43,898 bases of DNA, taken from the IMG/VR virus record IMGVR_UViG_3300031233_000001; one strand, given 5' to 3'. The DNA comes from a virus. The number at the start of each line of letters is the position of its first letter. Within the stretch, counting starts at the first letter, position 1. Shown piece after piece: positions 42,516-43,898 of this stretch. The notes under the pieces are model-generated. The model was given only the letters and a program-made list of their open reading frames with translations, was not told the origin of the DNA and did no database searches. Both the position numbers and the translations under genes were made by a program.

Positions 42516-42706
42516 CACCAGTTACCCCCTGCGGTTTCGGCTTCGCCGAACGTGCACGGTCCGCACATGCCGGTCGCAGGTACGACCGGTACCTGGCCAC
42601 AAACTTCGCACTCGTGGGCCCAGTCGGGCGCAGTGCTGTTTGGATCAAGCGCCGCGGGTTCGGTGCTGTTCGGGTCCATGTGCCCGACGCGATGTCTGGC
42701 GGTCAT
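42515..42706 (-). CDS. Small zinc-ribbon protein (63 aa)
   Basis: CEVCGQ...GMCGPCTFGEAET. Confidence 0.5.
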   Translation of the reverse strand: MTARHRVGHMDPNSTEPAALDPNSTAPDWAHECEVCGQVPVVPATGMCGPCTFGEAETAGGNW

Positions 42707-42816
42707 GGCAGCACCCGATCAATCCAGGTAGCTAGCGCCATCACGCCGACGGCGAGGCTGCAGGCCCCGATCAGTACCAGGGCATAGATCAAATCATCAC
42801 GGCGTTTCTGTTTCAT
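42703..42816 (-). CDS. Very small membrane protein (37 aa; below the ORF-track cutoff)
   Basis: My own translation is MKQKRRDDLIYALVLIGACSLAVGVMALATWIDRVLP. ATGA-coupled to the next gene and preceded by the CCACCACAAGGCCGCACC leader. Confidence 0.3.
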   Translation of the reverse strand: MKQKRRDDLIYALVLIGACSLAVGVMALATWIDRVLP

Positions 42817-42846
42817 CGGTGCGGCCTTGTGGTGGTTGGTAAGGCG

Positions 42847-42875
42847 AATCTAACGGCATGTCGGCAGCTTGTCAA
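42847..42875 (-). promoter_or_regulatory. Candidate sigma70 promoter of the tail arm (TTGACA-N17-TAGATT)
   Basis: On the minus strand, the -35 is at 42875-42870, followed by a 17-nt spacer and the -10 at 42852-42847. It lies directly after the terminator hairpin. Confidence 0.45.
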
Positions 42876-42888
42876 GTACCCAGAAAGG

Positions 42889-42922
42889 GAAAGGGCCAGC
42901 GAGTTGCCCCGCCGGCCCTTTC
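42889..42922 (-). terminator. Hairpin terminator downstream of the two-gene baseplate unit
   Basis: 9-bp stem gaaagggcc/ggccctttc with a 16-nt loop. The minus-strand tail is ccctttct. Confidence 0.5.
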
Positions 42923-42984
42923 TGCTTGCTACAGCCACCACAACCGCGCAAGCCACGTCGCACCACACCAGGGGAGACGCCTAC

Positions 42985-43013
42985 ACCCTAGCCGTCACCC
43001 ATGCCGTTGTCAA
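42985..43013 (-). promoter_or_regulatory. Candidate sigma70 promoter with no ORF downstream (TTGACA-N17-TAGGGT)
   Basis: On the minus strand, the -35 is at 43013-43008 and the -10 at 42990-42985. Only about 90 nt separate it from the terminator at 42889-42922. Confidence 0.3.
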
Positions 43014-43019
43014 GCTGCG

Positions 43020-43343
43020 TTATGGATAGGTCACGCCGCCATTGTCGTCAGGGTCGCCGTAGAGCAGCAGATACTGCGTGCCAAACCCGGTGTAGACCGG
43101 ATCCGACGTGCCTAGCAGGTCGACCCAGAAAAGCCCGTGCGGCAGACCGGTGTAGGGCGACGAGTTGAGATTCGTACGGTCCAGGCAGATGCGGCCCGCG
43201 GCGATGCTCACGCCGTTGTACACGATGTCAGCGAACAGGCCGCCATCGGTGGATGTCAAAGTGAACTGCGCGGTTTGGTTATCCAGCACGCAGGAAAACG
43301 TCTGGATGGCCAGGGGCAGCACGGGGATGACTTGATAGCTCAC
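43020..43343 (-). CDS. Virion/baseplate-associated hypothetical protein (107 aa)
   Basis: The GTG at 43343 forms a GTGA overlap with the upstream stop. The Arg-rich N-terminal extension in the track ORF is unlikely to be real. Confidence 0.5.
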   Translation of the reverse strand: MSYQVIPVLPLAIQTFSCVLDNQTAQFTLTSTDGGLFADIVYNGVSIAAGRICLDRTNLNSSPYTGLPHGLFWVDLLGTSDPVYTGFGTQYLLLYGDPDDNGGVTYP

Positions 43344-43726
43344 AAGGCCACCTGGCCGCCGTTGCCGGCGATGTCGGACACGTTGAGTACGCCGCCGATG
43401 ACGCGCTTGGATCCGGCCGTGAAGGTGAACTGCGCCAGCGCGGTAGCGCATAGAGGTACCTTGAGCGCCTCCGTGTTGAAGACCGACTGCAGCAGCGACA
43501 GGTTGGGCGGTCCGCCGAAGTACGCAGGGTAATTAATGCCCTGCGTAGTGTCGAAATACACCTCGCCTTGCCAGGCCTGTACGCGGGTAGCTACGTCCTG
43601 GGCAAGCCGCATGCCTGGGCTGGTCTGGTCGCTCTGCGGCGTAGCGTCGCCGACCGTGCGCAGGTTCCCGCGCGAATCCGTGTCCAGATCCCAAAGTGTG
43701 ATATCGAGGGCCAGCGTGTCGGTCAT
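43340..43726 (-). CDS. Baseplate wedge-like protein (gpW/gp25/XkdS-like), 128 aa
   Basis: LALDITLWDLDTDSRGNL...LAQDVATRVQAWQGEVYFDTTQGINY fits the gpW/gp25 pattern. Start ATG at 43726, with an alternative at 43762. The track GTG at 43783 lies inside the repeat. Confidence 0.45.
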   Translation of the reverse strand: MTDTLALDITLWDLDTDSRGNLRTVGDATPQSDQTSPGMRLAQDVATRVQAWQGEVYFDTTQGINYPAYFGGPPNLSLLQSVFNTEALKVPLCATALAQFTFTAGSKRVIGGVLNVSDIAGNGGQVAL

Positions 43727-43771
43727 GGCCGCATGGTAGCGCGCCTCTGGGTTTAATTCCATTTCTCGAAT

Positions 43772-43898
43772 CGTCAGCCTCACGACAGTGAATACTGAGG
43801 ACTGACGAGATTCTTGTCAGTTTCCTATAAAGCCCTCTACTCCCTATTATACAATAAATAGAAACCCCCCTTTGTACTTATCTCTGAATTCTGTTTTG
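43772..43898 (+). repeat. Inverted repeat copy A, left part (43772-43823) plus the redundant terminal 75 nt
   Basis: The reverse complement of 43772-43823 equals 28819-28870 exactly. Identity ends at 43771 versus 28871. Confidence 0.95.
43824..43898. repeat. Terminal direct overlap, identical to 1-75
   Basis: Exact 75-nt identity with the window start. Confidence 0.95.

Noticed and set aside
42829-43115. The + strand ORFs 42829-43029 and 42858-43115 in the gap between the baseplate unit and the tail arm.
   Set aside because: They run antisense to gene 43020-43343 and across a terminator hairpin and two minus-strand promoters. They have no ribosome-binding site.
1-43898. tRNA or rRNA genes, an integrase/repressor lysogeny module, and toxin-antitoxin or known defence systems.
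   Set aside because: Reading the intergenic regions and ORF translations showed no cloverleaf-like segments, recombinase motifs or CI/Cro pair. Absence cannot be proven without tRNAscan or HMM searches.

Overview
The window is a complete, self-closing phage genome. Bases 1-75 repeat exactly at 43824-43898, so the unique length is 43,823 bp. It is a high-GC tailed dsDNA phage with contractile-tail-type genes (sheath- and tube-like proteins, baseplate J, gpV-like spike). The host is Gram-negative, inferred from an embedded Rz/Rz1 spanin pair and a lambda-R-like transglycosylase. I saw no integrase, repressor, tRNA, CRISPR array or phage RNA polymerase, so it is probably virulent and transcribed by the host sigma70 polymerase. 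Four transcription arms radiate from two copies of a perfect 179-bp inverted repeat (28692-28870, and 43772-43823 joined to 1-127). (1) Early replication arm, + strand, 193-10871: primase/VirE-type helicase, SF2 helicase, family-A DNA polymerase. (2) Head/sheath/tube arm, - strand, 28631-10919: terS, terL, portal, MuF-like, protease/scaffold, capsid, connectors, sheath, tube, Nudix. This arm is interrupted by an HNH endonuclease and by two opposite-strand cassettes, one at 16.4-19.3 kb and a low-GC one at 22.3-24.2 kb carrying an RNA-ligase-like gene and a Dam-type methylase. (3) Recombination/lysis arm, + strand, 28950-33555: Cas4-like exonuclease, SSB-like protein, RusA, endolysin, membrane proteins, Rz/Rz1. 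(4) Baseplate/tail arm, - strand, 43726-33574: small genes, chaperone-like genes, tape measure, hub, spike, baseplate J, Gly-rich fibre. The most unusual features are the inverted repeat pair (possible flip-flop isomerisation and/or a duplicated origin or operator hub), a recurrent CCACCACA leader motif, and a promoter/terminator-bracketed intergenic element carrying its complement. All functional calls come from motif recognition by eye, gene order and size. No database search or computation was possible.
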